Assembly: GCA_029953675.1 (NCBI GenBank)
Contig: JAMWBK010000007.1
Coordinates: forward strand, 1,178,001 to 1,242,000
Direction of reading: 5' to 3'
DNA from: Rhodosorus marinus CCMP1338
Lineage: Eukaryota > Plantae > Rhodophyta
Length of the DNA: 64,000 nucleotides
In this document: positions 48,046 through 59,689 of the stretch, one piece after another
How the letters are laid out: every line of letters starts with the position of its first letter
Position numbering within the stretch: position 1 is the first letter of the stretch
Notes under the pieces: model-generated
What the model was told of the DNA's origin: nothing
Database searches by the model: none
What the model saw: the letters and a program-made list of their open reading frames with translations, nothing else
Made by a program: the position numbers and the translations under genes

Positions 48046-50995
48046 TTAGAGTTTGAGATCTGCATTCAGGACCCGCTTTGCCGTGGCAACTGAGAACAGC
48101 TTGATATCCTCGGCCTTCTTTGGCCAATCTCCGCCTACAGTGTCTGCGACAATAGCTATCAGTCTTATCATTCTCGCAGACCTACTGAGATGGTAGGACG
48201 AGATCAAGTCCTCCATACATGCCTCCAGGAGCTCGGGATCTCCTCCCTCAGTCATCCATTGCTTTAAGACCGGAGCTAGCCGTGTCGGAGTTTCATTAGC
48301 GAATATGAGGTGAATTCCATCCTGGCTTTTCGACATCCTCGGTGACGGAGTGCTATGGACCTCGATGGCATCACGCATAACGCTCGGTTCTGCCGCTTGC
48401 GCGAACTGGAATGATTCGAAAGCGAGTGTTGTTCTCAATGAGTAACAGCGGGCTGATGCACGTTTTTCCTTCAAAGCTGTAATGGCTGCTAAGCATACCT
48501 GCAGCATGGATGCCTGTCGGCTTCCTCCTCGAGCGTTTTGCAACGTTGCCTGCGGGGTATTCGTTCTCTGAACTTGTCTCTGATTTTGCCGATGTTCTTC
48601 CAGCACTTCTTGCTGGACGGACTCCGGTAGGGAGCGAAAAACACTTTCGTCCCAACCGCTTGGAAGGCTGGAGCTATCAATTAGCTTTGGTGAAGGAATC
48701 TTTGCAGGTGCTGGGTTTGGCTCTGTCGAGCGTCCCATAGAAACGCTGGACTGCTTCATCCCCTTGTTCAGGAAGCGCGCGATGTTCGACCCGGATGCAT
48801 TGGCAAGGTCGATAAACACAAGATCGTGAACCTGAATTCCGAGCCCGCGGAGTTCTTGCGGTGGTATCTGTTGGAGGATCAGCGGTTCGAATCAGCGACT
48901 ACTCGCGATAAAAATTAGCGCACACCTGCAAATGCGTACCTTAACAGCGTTGAGCAGCTCAATGCTCTTTTCAGTAATAACGTTTGCGTCCGATGTGCGC
49001 TCGGTCTTTGTGGACCGGTTGTAGATGTCGCAGGGACCATGACCGAGCGTTTTGTGAGGCATACTGGCGTTCTTCATCTTCCAGTATACCTTGATAGTGA
49101 TTCGTTGGCCTACCGCTCGCGCCTCTTGGAGTTTTTCACTCACAACCGTGGCAAGATCGCGTACAAAGTCGTGCATCTTTAGCCCCTCATCCTCGTAAAA
49201 GCGGACTCCCCAGCTCGCCTCAGCGCCAAGCGATTTGCGGACCTTCATGGGCTGCACTTGCTTATCGTCTAGTCCGCGGCTCGCTCTATACAACGATCCC
49301 CCATTTTTCTCCCCAACAAGCGCCTGCAGCTGGGAAAGTGAACGCTTTTGAAGATCATCACATCGTTGGACGCCGAGCTCCTGCAATTTCCCGCCAGTGC
49401 TCCATCCTACGCCCGGAAGTTCCCGAACGGGCAGGTCCGCAACATACTGCACGGCCTCCTCGTCGCTGAGGTAGAATTGTCCATTTGGTTTAGCCCTTTT
49501 CGTCGCTAGGCGAGCCAATAGTTTGTTGGCTCCAATCCCTGCAGAAGAAGGACAACCGGTCTCCTCCGCAATCCTCCGTCGGATTGTTAGAGCAATCCTC
49601 TCTGCGGGTGGCATATTCGACAGCTCAGGCATCGCAGCCAAGATGTCTTGGGGAAGGTCTGCATCTGTCACGTCCAGGAAAGCCTCGTCAACGGACACCG
49701 CCTCAACAACCGGAGACAGCTCGTAGAATATACAATATATTTGGAACGTCACCCGCTCGTAATCTTCGAACCGGTAAGTAACAATCTTCAGTTCTGGACA
49801 AAGCTTCACCGCCTCACGGAAGAACATACCAGCCCGAACACCTTTCTCCCGGGCTTCGTAAGAAGCTGAAGAGATCTCTCCACCGTGCTGGTGGCACACA
49901 ACAAGAGGCATTCCAGCCAAAGATGGATCCTTTGCCACGGCAACCGAGACAAAAAAGCAATCCATGTCGATGTGAATTATGGATCTCACCGCGCCGCTTT
50001 CCTTTGTAGCACCTTTCGTGCGCAGAAGATCGCTGGCACTGCAACCTGCCAGAAAAGATCCAGGTGAGGAAGTTCGGCGTGAGATATCGAGCATGGTCAT
50101 CGGTGTTTTCATTAAGATATTGCACAAATCAGACCAGTACTGACTTAGTAGTTTACCTCGATGCTTTGCAATGGCGGCGATTAAGCTTTCGTATCGAGCC
50201 CGGAAGGACCCGATGAAGTGGAGTCTTGAGGCGTTAAAGTAGTCCCTCACAAAGTTCGGGTTTTCGCGGGTAGACTTGTGCAACAGCTTTTCCGCGAATT
50301 TGTCGTAGTCTCTGTCCTCCCCAACGTCTGTTTTGACTCCAGCAACTTCACTAGCCTGTTCGGGGTTTGCTGTTTTCCTCATCGATCTACCGGTGTAGGG
50401 CTCGGTACTACTGCCTCTAATGAGAAGTAAATTGCTAGCTGCTTAGATGTCGTAGAGTTCATTATTCTATTCACAGTCGCTCATCCTGTTGTATTGGTCT
50501 TGCGTACCCTTTGACGAGGTTTAAGCTAGACTGAGTTTCGTCGCGAAGCCCAGGGACAAGGAATTCGCTCTCGGGCAGTCTTTGCTTTTGGCTCAGTGAT
50601 TTAACGATCCAGTCTGGGGTGACGACGTATTGATGAACTTGGTTGCTCATCATCGCCTTCTGGAGCTGAACAATTTTGAACTTTGGAAAGTGTGTCGCGA
50701 CGACATGGGTGACAATTCGTGGATGGAAGTAAGTCTCCAACTTGCCGCCGCCTTTGTAAACCATCCTCCGAAGCTCATCTCGACCAGGGCTTGTAAATCC
50801 ATCCACCCAGACCACCACCCCTTTGAAAAAAAACCCGGGCTCTACTCCCTCCGCCTCGAAATCAGCTTCATGTTGCTCGCGAAGCTTCCTCTCTTTCTCT
50901 TTCATGTACACACCAAAATCTCCTCCATCCCAATCCCATTTTTCGTCCTTCTCCTGCTCTTCTTCGTCATCTTTCTTCCTCTTTCTCACCCACAT
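48046..50995 (-). CDS. REV1: DNA repair protein REV1 (BRCT plus Y-family dCMP transferase plus C-terminal domain), 3-4 exons
   Basis: GGDFGVYMKEKERKLREQ, BRCT (FFKGVVVWVDGFT, VVTPDWI), SRLHFIG, IHIDMDCFFVSV, SASYEAR..GV, VEAVSVDEAFLDV. Introns 50417-50507 and 48868-48939, and probably an in-frame one at 50046-50156. Confidence 0.95.
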
Positions 50996-51713
50996 TTCTC
51001 AACCGCTATCAACATTCAGCCCGTCAGCTTCAAGCAGAAGGCACAGTATCTCGAAAATGTAAGAATCACGCGACTAGGCGAGTGATCCTGCCTTCAAGGA
51101 AACACTGTGCAAACAGGAAGCACTTCCCCAGCTCTCCGGATCAGCAGCACACCTTCAACCGGTTTCCGCTCTACAGATTGGCCTAGACTTCAACGGCTGG
51201 TGACAGAGAAATGGGATGCTGGCGCGGGGATGTTGCAAACGAGGAGAGCCCGGAGGCTGTGCCTCGCCCACGTCCCACTTCTCCTAGGCTGTTTACGACC
51301 TTGAACGTCGTTGAAGACGTTTGGAACTGTTTTTCCAAGAAACGAAGGAGCTAGAAATTCAACGCATAAAACATGGGGTTGGTTTTGCTAAGTTAAGGGA
51401 ATTGGATCGGAAGTGGAGGTTTGTAGTGACTCAGCAAGAGCACTCTATCGGTGTACGGGAGGAGATGCTCGAGAAGAGCTGGTACAAACTGGTAGGTACG
51501 GCATTTCCCGTTGTACCCTAAAGAATATGAGGAATCCACTTCCAGTACCCAATAAGCTTTTTCCGGTATAAGCTTCACGCCTTTGGACTTTTTAAGCTTT
51601 CGTATTTTTATTCAGCGCAGGCAGTTATTCTGATACTGCCCATGTATCTTCGTTGATATATATATACACGAATGGATCGGTCTTCTTCCTTTTGGAGGAC
51701 GGCAGTATACTAT

Positions 51714-52766
51714 CTACACTTTCTTCTTCGTGATCGGAGAAAGCATATACTTGAAGCTCGATACTACGTAGTCCACCTTTCCGACTTGGAAAAGCTCATC
51801 ACCAGCAGCCAGGTCGAGTCTTGTGGCCACAAAATCGTTGCACCGCTGATTCTTGTAGAAGCTGACAGGATTTCCATCCTCCTTAATGAACTCCTGAGCG
51901 CCGCCCCCATCCGGTTCGTTTGCCCCATGAATAACAAACGTAGTCTCATCGAAAAACGCATTCTTAGAGCAGCCGAACTCGTTGCGATAATGCTTGAGTA
52001 CGAAACGAGCAATTTCCAGGTGTGTCTCGGTGCATTTCACGTCCTCGTTATAGTTAGGATAGCTGTCAAGGAAGTAATCTGACACAGCTCCGATCCCTGC
52101 GGGACTCCCCCCAATGTTCGTGACGTAGTATGAGAGTTTCCTCAAATTGAACATTGGCAATACGATGCCCTTGCAGAATATTGGGGATTGAATGCGCATT
52201 CCACGATGCGTCTTAGCGATCATCGTGAGCCCGAGGTGCACGACGGGACTCTCGCCATACGGAATATACACCATCGCGTTGAAAGCGATTGGCTTCCCAT
52301 TGTCGAAACCTACGGTTATCACCCGGTTCCTCATCACATCCCGAAGCCCCGTCCTGTCAAACACAGCGTGGCTGGGTATCACTCCCATTGACTGCATTGA
52401 GACATCTCCTAGCCAAGTTTGCAAGTCCTCGAGCCCAGTCTCCGACATCCATCGGCCAGGCTGATCATAAGTCTTGCACACGATTTTCTTCCCTCCCTTG
52501 ACGCGTACTTCTGAGGTCCACACCTTGATCAGGGGCGAGTGAAGCAGGCTGTTTCGCTCAAGGTCCTCCTCCGGTGATAGAAACTGAAAGTTGACTCCAG
52601 CAATCGACGTAATCAGCGACGCAACTCTCAGCGCCAGCCTATACCAACTCGACCCTATTTTCCCATAAGGCAACTGCAGCAGTATCGGAAGTAGCGCAGG
52701 CAGCAAGAGAACCGCAAGCAGAGACGCCAGAGCATAACGCCCAACGTTTTCTAGCAACCTTGCCAT
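51714..52766 (-). CDS. Uncharacterised protein with N-terminal hydrophobic anchor and probable GNAT acyltransferase fold
   Basis: Intronless ~350-aa ORF from the ATG at 52766. Hydrophobic YALASLLAVLLLPALLPILL. VVHLGLTMIAKTHRGMRIQ resembles GNAT motif A (beta4-R/Q-G-x-G). Confidence 0.6.
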   Translation of the reverse strand: MARLLENVGRYALASLLAVLLLPALLPILLQLPYGKIGSSWYRLALRVASLITSIAGVNFQFLSPEEDLERNSLLHSPLIKVWTSEVRVKGGKKIVCKTYDQPGRWMSETGLEDLQTWLGDVSMQSMGVIPSHAVFDRTGLRDVMRNRVITVGFDNGKPIAFNAMVYIPYGESPVVHLGLTMIAKTHRGMRIQSPIFCKGIVLPMFNLRKLSYYVTNIGGSPAGIGAVSDYFLDSYPNYNEDVKCTETHLEIARFVLKHYRNEFGCSKNAFFDETTFVIHGANEPDGGGAQEFIKEDGNPVSFYKNQRCNDFVATRLDLAAGDELFQVGKVDYVVSSFKYMLSPITKKKV

Positions 52767-55700
52767 CTGCGAACCAAAAAAAAAGAAGAACAACCACGAC
52801 AAACGCGAAAGAGAATTATACAACAATTTGATCTTCACCTCAGTCCAGACATGTCACTTTCAGGAGTCTTTACCCTTCCCTTCCCAACCGCCTCAAGCCT
52901 CAACCCTTCTCCCGCTCGATCGACCGCCTTATACCTGAGCTGCAAACAGATTCGCTTTCATCCCCATCCCTTTACAATCGACTAGCCGCTCACACCAAAA
53001 AATTAGCTCAGGTATTTTTCTCATCTTGCACGGGTAGGTAAAGTATAAGGGTATTAACACCCTAAGTCCGTTCAATGTAACTCTCTGTGCTGATGTGTTT
53101 GCAGAGGGACCAAAACGGAATACTTCCAAGTTTATGGGATCCTCGGGGGGGGGGGGGTGTTGCTCTCTAACGGGCGTCGTGAGCAAAATATTTCGAATTT
53201 ACCATTCGTAGATATTTGTATTTTGATATTTTAATATAACTTCCTGGTTAATGATTGATAAGTTCTAAAAATACATAAATATGAGAGAGATATCTCGCAA
53301 ATTCATGGCTTTTCGGTAACGTATGTTCTGCGCAGAAGTTTCTATTTTGGTTTTAAATTTGATATACGAAGATTCGGTGTTGTTTTTGTTTGGTTCATAT
53401 TTTAATGAGATCAGTCATTATAATTTTCGGATGGGGAGTGAAAAGCAGATTCTGATAGAGTCTGATTGGCTCGGAAGGTTTGCAAAAGTGTCAAAGGACG
53501 GCTTACTTTACCGCAGCAAGAAAATTTCAAAGCTTTTTGCTGATGGGTTTCCAGTTATGGACCTTCGAGGGAGAACAAAGAAACATGAATAGGTGGTTTC
53601 CCCCGTTGTGCCCCAATGATTCGGTCAATCATTCTATTCGGTCTGAATCCTCCTCCGATTCATCACTCTATATATGCGTTTTGTGATTGAGCTGGACCAA
53701 GCATTGGGAAAATGATCGGCGGCCTGTTGTGATATATGTTTTCCCAAAGAAGCTCTTGCGTTTTCGACTCCTCGGCGGTTGAATCTTGCTTATACGATCA
53801 TGCCAAGGTTCCGATAGATCGGGCTTCGACTGGACCCGCTCCAATTTGTTAATGGTGAATAGTTTGTGGGTGTGCACCCACAACCCCGACTTCTTCGACT
53901 CTGTTTTTTTTTGGTTCGACGGAGGCTGAGTCCTCTGCTGGGTGGGAAACCCCGAATTATGGTCATGGTTTGGGCGCGAGGAAAATGTTAATGCGCCAAT
54001 AGCTGGGTGGATGAGCAGTCCTAGGGGAACTGAATGCTATGATTTACATAGCTGGGCTCCGTGAACAAGTGGTCGGCATGCCGATTGTCCGCTTTTTTTT
54101 GTGCTGACCTCCACCGACAAGTAGCAATCTTGTGCATTGGCTCATTTTCTTCCAGCTAAGGACATGAACTACAAGGGCACAGCATAAAAAGAAGGTAAAA
54201 CATGACGACATGCGACGTTGGTGCGACAATAGAGCTATTTCTTGAGCTGCATCGAAATCATAATTGCACCCTGAGTGCTCCCCGAGGACGTGGTGTCATA
54301 GAATTAAGCTCTCTGCGTCAAGCATCCGGTGATCGTAACAGCGAGCGCACACGTTCATGCTTTTATGCAATACGGGGGCTGCTTTGCCCCGCGTCCTTTC
54401 AACGCAGCTGGAACGGAGCCAGAGGATCACAGTTTCCAAAGCTCAGCTTCGGGCGTCAAGCCATTCGATTGACGACATTTTATGCTTCTGGTGCAAGCTC
54501 AATGGACGGAAGAGGTACCTGACTAAAACGTCGAAAAGCAACGAGTGCGAACTTCATGATTTGTAGAATCTTGTTCCTGCAAGAGCGTCGCGTAAACACG
54601 GGTTGGGTTCTCGATTGAAATACTGTCGGAGAGACGCTGATTTCCACCCATGTTCTGGCGATACGCGGTTCGAAGGTAACAGGCTATAGGCTCGGCAGCT
54701 TTGATATGCGACAGAGTTCGAGTTATCCGGAACGCAGGTTCTCGTCTACAAACCGTCATAGAGCAGCCTAAAGTTCCATCTGCAAGGCTACATTCTAGGA
54801 GGATTAAACAGATACATAGGTTTGATCCGAGGTTAAGTCCCAAAATGAGGCACGAGAAAGAGCATCAAGGCGGTCGCGGTAACACTTCCGCTTGGCGCCA
54901 TAGAGAACTCAAAAACATCTCAGATTCAGGGGACAAACAGATGAGCCAGGCCCGACATCAGAGCCCTGACGTGAGCGACTCCCGTGTTCACTGATTCCTT
55001 ACGACGCCGCAGATTGTTCGCTGCAGCGTACCCCGACGGCGGAAAGCAGGCAGGCCGGCACTGCACAACCAACACTCTTCTTCCCCACCCTACCAACGGA
55101 ATCCGGTCGTTCCTCCCCCGAGAAAAGCGAATAAAGCAAGTCCACGCGTCCCTTTCAAGAAGAATATCGTTTAAACTATCACAATATTGTTTAAGTGATA
55201 TTATTGGACAAGTACTGGAATTAATGTATTTTTACGAAATGATGCATCGTATATTTCTCGCAAATGTTTAATCGTCCCCCCCCTCTCCCCCCGGTAGAAA
55301 AATACCTATATTTCTTAAAAAAGTACGTTGCTTAAACTTCCGAAGTGTTTTTGGGGCGAGTAACCTATCCACCAATCATTTATGAATTCGCTTCGTCGGA
55401 GTCCATAGAATCCAGTTTACGCGTCCTTGACTATTGCTCTCCGCTTCCCATTGGTAAAATATCCAACCATCAACGAGTGGCACAGAATTGACGAGGCATT
55501 GTTTTCTTTTTAGACAAAAATATCACGAAGATTCAGAAAATTGTATCCAATTAAATATTAACGCGTGTCCTTCCGGAAAGTATCAGAGGCCATTCGGCCG
55601 TCTCTTTCAGGGTAACAAAATTTCTTTTGCTATATTATAAACTAGGCGGCAACCTAGGAGACTATTGTGGAGGCTGGGCATGCTCCTACCACGACCTACA

Positions 55701-56194
55701 ACGCAGCCCATAGTGGTGCTCGCGGGCAGCGCAGTGTCTCTTAGCCGCAGCTATTTTGTGTATGCTGATCACGTACACCGCCAAACTTTTTTTGGATCGA
55801 GTTGCAAGGTCGAGCTTTTATGAAAGGCCTAGAACTTAGCAAGAAAAACCCGTGAATCTGAGGTTTGGGGGGTAGGTGTTGTATGTAGTGTGTGTCCGCG
55901 GCAATGTGCTACAGATAGTGAGGAGAACAGAGGAAAAAGTAAGGTCCAATCTGGGATTGAGGCCGCGATCGGGGTGAGCTGCTAGTTTGGAGGGAGTGAA
56001 CGTAGGAAGGGGCTGTATGCCGACTTCTGGAGAAGGCTTTTTCGGTTTTGATGGTATTAGTAGGGTTCGCGGGGCAGGCTGGGTTGTTGGTTTATGGTTA
56101 GTGGTTTGGGGTTAGTAATACAGGCATTTTTCTGGTGGACTAGTAGATCGCTTTTCACCGGGATTGTGCGGTGGTAGGGAAAGTTCGGATATTT

Positions 56195-57121
56195 ATGAAG
56201 AAGGATGCTGCGGGAGGAAGGGGGGTGAGTGGGCCCTCCAAGATAAGCCCGCGGCCGGAGATGAATGGAGAGGTGATGAGAGAGGTAACTGTATCGCCGA
56301 ATACGTTACCAGCCGGCGCCTCACCCAGTTCTAGCCCGCCAAATGGAGTGAAAAAGTCACGGAAGCCCTACACGATAACCAAGAATAGGGAGAACTGGTC
56401 TCAAGACGAGCACGAGAGATTTTTAGAAGCGCTGAGACTGTACGAGAGGGATTGGAAACAGATAGAGAGTCATATTGGAACAAAGAATGTCATCCAGATT
56501 CGAAGCCATGCTCAGAAATACTTTTTGAAAGTGCAGAAGAACAATACCGGCGAGCACGTACCTCCACCACGAAAGAGGCGAAACAATAGGAACGGTTTTA
56601 AAGCGGAGGACAGATCAAGAGCTGGAAATCCCCCGGCCCCGAGAATAGCCATGCAGATGCCCACTCAAGTGATGCCAGCCGGAATGATGGGCATGCAACA
56701 ACCAGTGTATGCGGACGGATATGTTGGCTCGCCGAACCTGTCAATGATGGGGGCAAACGGGGATATGAATCGGAAACCAAGCAACATGAACTTAGGGGGC
56801 CAGAACAAGAACATGAGCGATGGGGTTAAGTCTCACAATACCCAGACACAGAGTGAGTTTTCTCCGGAGCAAAACGCGCAGACTGGAGATCGGGGGAGTG
56901 TTAATACAATGCTTGAGAAGCCGAGGATGAACTTCGCAAGGATATACGAGTTCTTTTCTAGGCTATTTGATCCATCCCAAAGTACCTCCGAGCTCGAGAA
57001 GATTGTTGAGCAGACGTTCAATGTTTTGGACTGCGAGATCATAAAACTGCTGGCTCAGAATCTCGAGATGAACTTGACCGATACCGAATTTAGGAAGATG
57101 CTCCTCGAGACCTATCGATGA
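56195..57121 (+). CDS. Single-repeat SHAQKYF MYB transcription factor of the REVEILLE/LCL (RVE4/8-like) clade
   Basis: RKPYTITKNRENWSQDEHERFLEAL...IRSHAQKYFLKVQK..TGEHVPPPR, plus a C-terminal LCL-like domain (NFARIYEFFSRLFDP...EIIKLLAQNLEMNL). First ATG at 56195. Confidence 0.88.
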   Translation: MKKDAAGGRGVSGPSKISPRPEMNGEVMREVTVSPNTLPAGASPSSSPPNGVKKSRKPYTITKNRENWSQDEHERFLEALRLYERDWKQIESHIGTKNVIQIRSHAQKYFLKVQKNNTGEHVPPPRKRRNNRNGFKAEDRSRAGNPPAPRIAMQMPTQVMPAGMMGMQQPVYADGYVGSPNLSMMGANGDMNRKPSNMNLGGQNKNMSDGVKSHNTQTQSEFSPEQNAQTGDRGSVNTMLEKPRMNFARIYEFFSRLFDPSQSTSELEKIVEQTFNVLDCEIIKLLAQNLEMNLTDTEFRKMLLETYR

Positions 57122-58038
57122 GCCGGGCAGCTGTCTTCATCAACGGTTGCACCAAAGAGCCAGGATTCGCGTGCGATAGGATGCCGACGTCGTAATCGCT
57201 TTCACCTACATACATGTACGGAATGCTGAAGGTAGTGAGTTGCCCTGAGAGACAGGCGGACGTTCGTGTTCGCCCTCGACACACAAGTCTACATAGACGG
57301 TCTTGTGGTCGGGGGTTGTCCAAGATGGGTACGCTGGCGTCGAGCGTGTGCGGCTGTCCGGAGACCTGCTGCTGAATCCATATGTTTTCTGACTGAGCGT
57401 TCTCTGTCTGGTTATGCTGATCTGAGCGGGAAGACGGTCAAGGCAAGGAGAAAGCTGAGTCTGACCTGCATCGCATCAGATCGTGTTGCTCTTGGCCATT
57501 TGTTCGGCATTTGTTCCTGTGAAGATGTGCCATTCCTCTTACTGTTTTCTGTTCATACTACTATGTCGTTTCTAAATAATAATTATTTCCTGTTCAGAAG
57601 AAGGTCCGCCCCGTCTCAAATCGCGTATTTTATACTTTTAACAGACTATGAAACCTACCCGGGTATGTTCTCATTACTCGCACATTGAACGCACACTACC
57701 GTTCCTCTGTTGAGGACAATCGGTGCAAGCTGCTCGCGTAGGGAAGATTACCACCCACAAAATTCATCAAACCCGCTTTCGAGCTCAGACTGAGGCATTG
57801 AATTTCACCCCAGCAGTCTTGCCGAGCGCATCGGGCCTCTCTAATGCAATTCCAAGGCAAACCCAGACTGGATCACTTCTCCCGGGCGATGGGATTTATT
57901 GGCATTTTTTCAGCGGGTCAGTTTGTCTCTCCGTCGAATTGACTATTGCCTGACTGATGGGTTGAGGTGCTCATCATGCTCGGGCAAAAGAATGCGATCC
58001 CCACTAGTGAGCCGTGTGATAGTAGATTGAGTTTTGGG

Positions 58039-59433
58039 ATGCTGTTGTTTATTGCTGGCGCAACCGCTTCCAAGGTGAAATCTCTCGTGCCGGGGCACCG
58101 CCGGGGCAAAATACGAACTGCGGCGTGCACATCCAAATCTGACGAGCCTGGTTTCCTCGAGGATGAGGAAGCGAACGAGGCGTTGCGAAAGAAGCTGCTG
58201 TCGTGGTATGAGAGAGAGCATAGAGACCTCCCTTGGAGAGCAACGCCGTTTTCGGGCAAGGTTGACGTCGACGAAGGCGCTGCTGGTTCTCCATATGCCG
58301 TATGGGTATCCGAGATTATGCTGCAACAGACTCAGGTAGCTACAGTGGTTCCTTATTTTGAAAGATGGATGAAGGAATTCCCTACACTCGTTTCCCTGTC
58401 AAGGGCCGAAGAGGATAGAATCAATGAACTCTGGGCGGGACTAGGGTACTATCGACGTGCTCGTATGCTGCACCAAGGGGCGAAGGTGAGTCACCAAGAT
58501 TTCCCCTCCGATTGACAAGCATTGTCGTCTCTGAACTTGCGGCCTGCCCCGTCGCGTGCGCAGCTTGTCGTTGAAAAGCACGGAGGTACAATTCCCCAGG
58601 ATACTGTAGACCTGCTGAAGATTCCCGGTATTGGTCCTTACACTGCTGGAGCTATTGCTTCCATCGCATTTCGGAAGGCAGAGCCGCTCGTTGACGGCAA
58701 CGTTGCGAGGGTATTCTCTAGACTGCTGAGCATCGACGAGGAGCCTAGCAACAAGGTGTTCTGGGTTGCTGCTAGAAGGGCTTTAGACGGGAATAATCCT
58801 GGAGACTTCAACCAAGCTCTTATGGAACTTGGCTCAACTGTGTGCACCCCGAAAGTGCCCTCCTGTGCACAGTGTCCCCTGAGACTTGAGTGCAAATCAC
58901 GCAACGCGGCTTTGGAACGTGGGCTCGATATAGAGGACTACGTGACGAAGTTTCCGAGGAAACCGAAGAAGACAAAGCAGCAAGAACAGGCAGTCGCAGT
59001 TTGTGTTGTGGAAAATGACGGACACCTGCTGATGTTGAAGAGGCCTAAGACTGGACTGCTTCCAGGTTTGTGGGAGTTTCCTTCCGTAGAGGTTGACTGC
59101 GATGACGATAAAAATGATGCAAATCGTATTCGACGCAAGCTGCGGACGCTCGGGCTGGCGCTTCCCAAAACCAGAACCCTCCAATGCGTCGGCTCGGTTG
59201 GTCACATTTTTACTCACATTCGTCAGACCTTGAGGATATACAAACTCGAGGGAGCACCAACCAATGAAATCGACTCACGGATCGAACACCGCTGGACTAG
59301 AGAAGACGAAGTTGAGGGCACTGCAATTTCAGCACAAATGAAAAAGGTCTTCGAGAAATCGAAATCGCTCAGCAAGCCCGATGATGGTTTGATGGACAAG
59401 TTCGTCACTAAACGTAAGCGCAAACGGGATTGA
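58039..59433 (+). CDS. MUTYH: A/G-specific adenine DNA glycosylase (MutY homologue), 2 exons
   Basis: RDLPWR, VWVSEIMLQQTQV, WAGLGYYRRAR, HhH LLKIPGIGPYTAGAI, DGNVARV, 4Fe-4S CTPKVPSCAQCPLRLEC, NUDIX-like GLWEFP. Intron 58486-58563. Start uncertain. Confidence 0.95.
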
Positions 59434-59689
59434 TCGCAGACGCGGTGCCGGGGACCTCTTTTGCACGGTGTGTGTGGTGCGTGGCTTTCCTTAAAAGAGC
59501 CCGTGACTATCCTTCAAACATGCCAAGCTCACCAAAAATCGATGTATAGTTTGCAGTGACTATATACAATTACTACCACAGTCTAGGTCGTCATCGAAAG
59601 AAATCAGCATTCTAAAGAGCTCGAACCCAATATCCAGCGCGAGCAACTTCTGAATAAGACCAGCTTCTTCAAACGAAAAGAACAGTATG

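Noticed and set aside
48046-59433. DNA-repair gene cluster (REV1 plus MUTYH)
   Set aside because: They are separated by unrelated genes, and proximity in a gene-dense genome is expected by chance.
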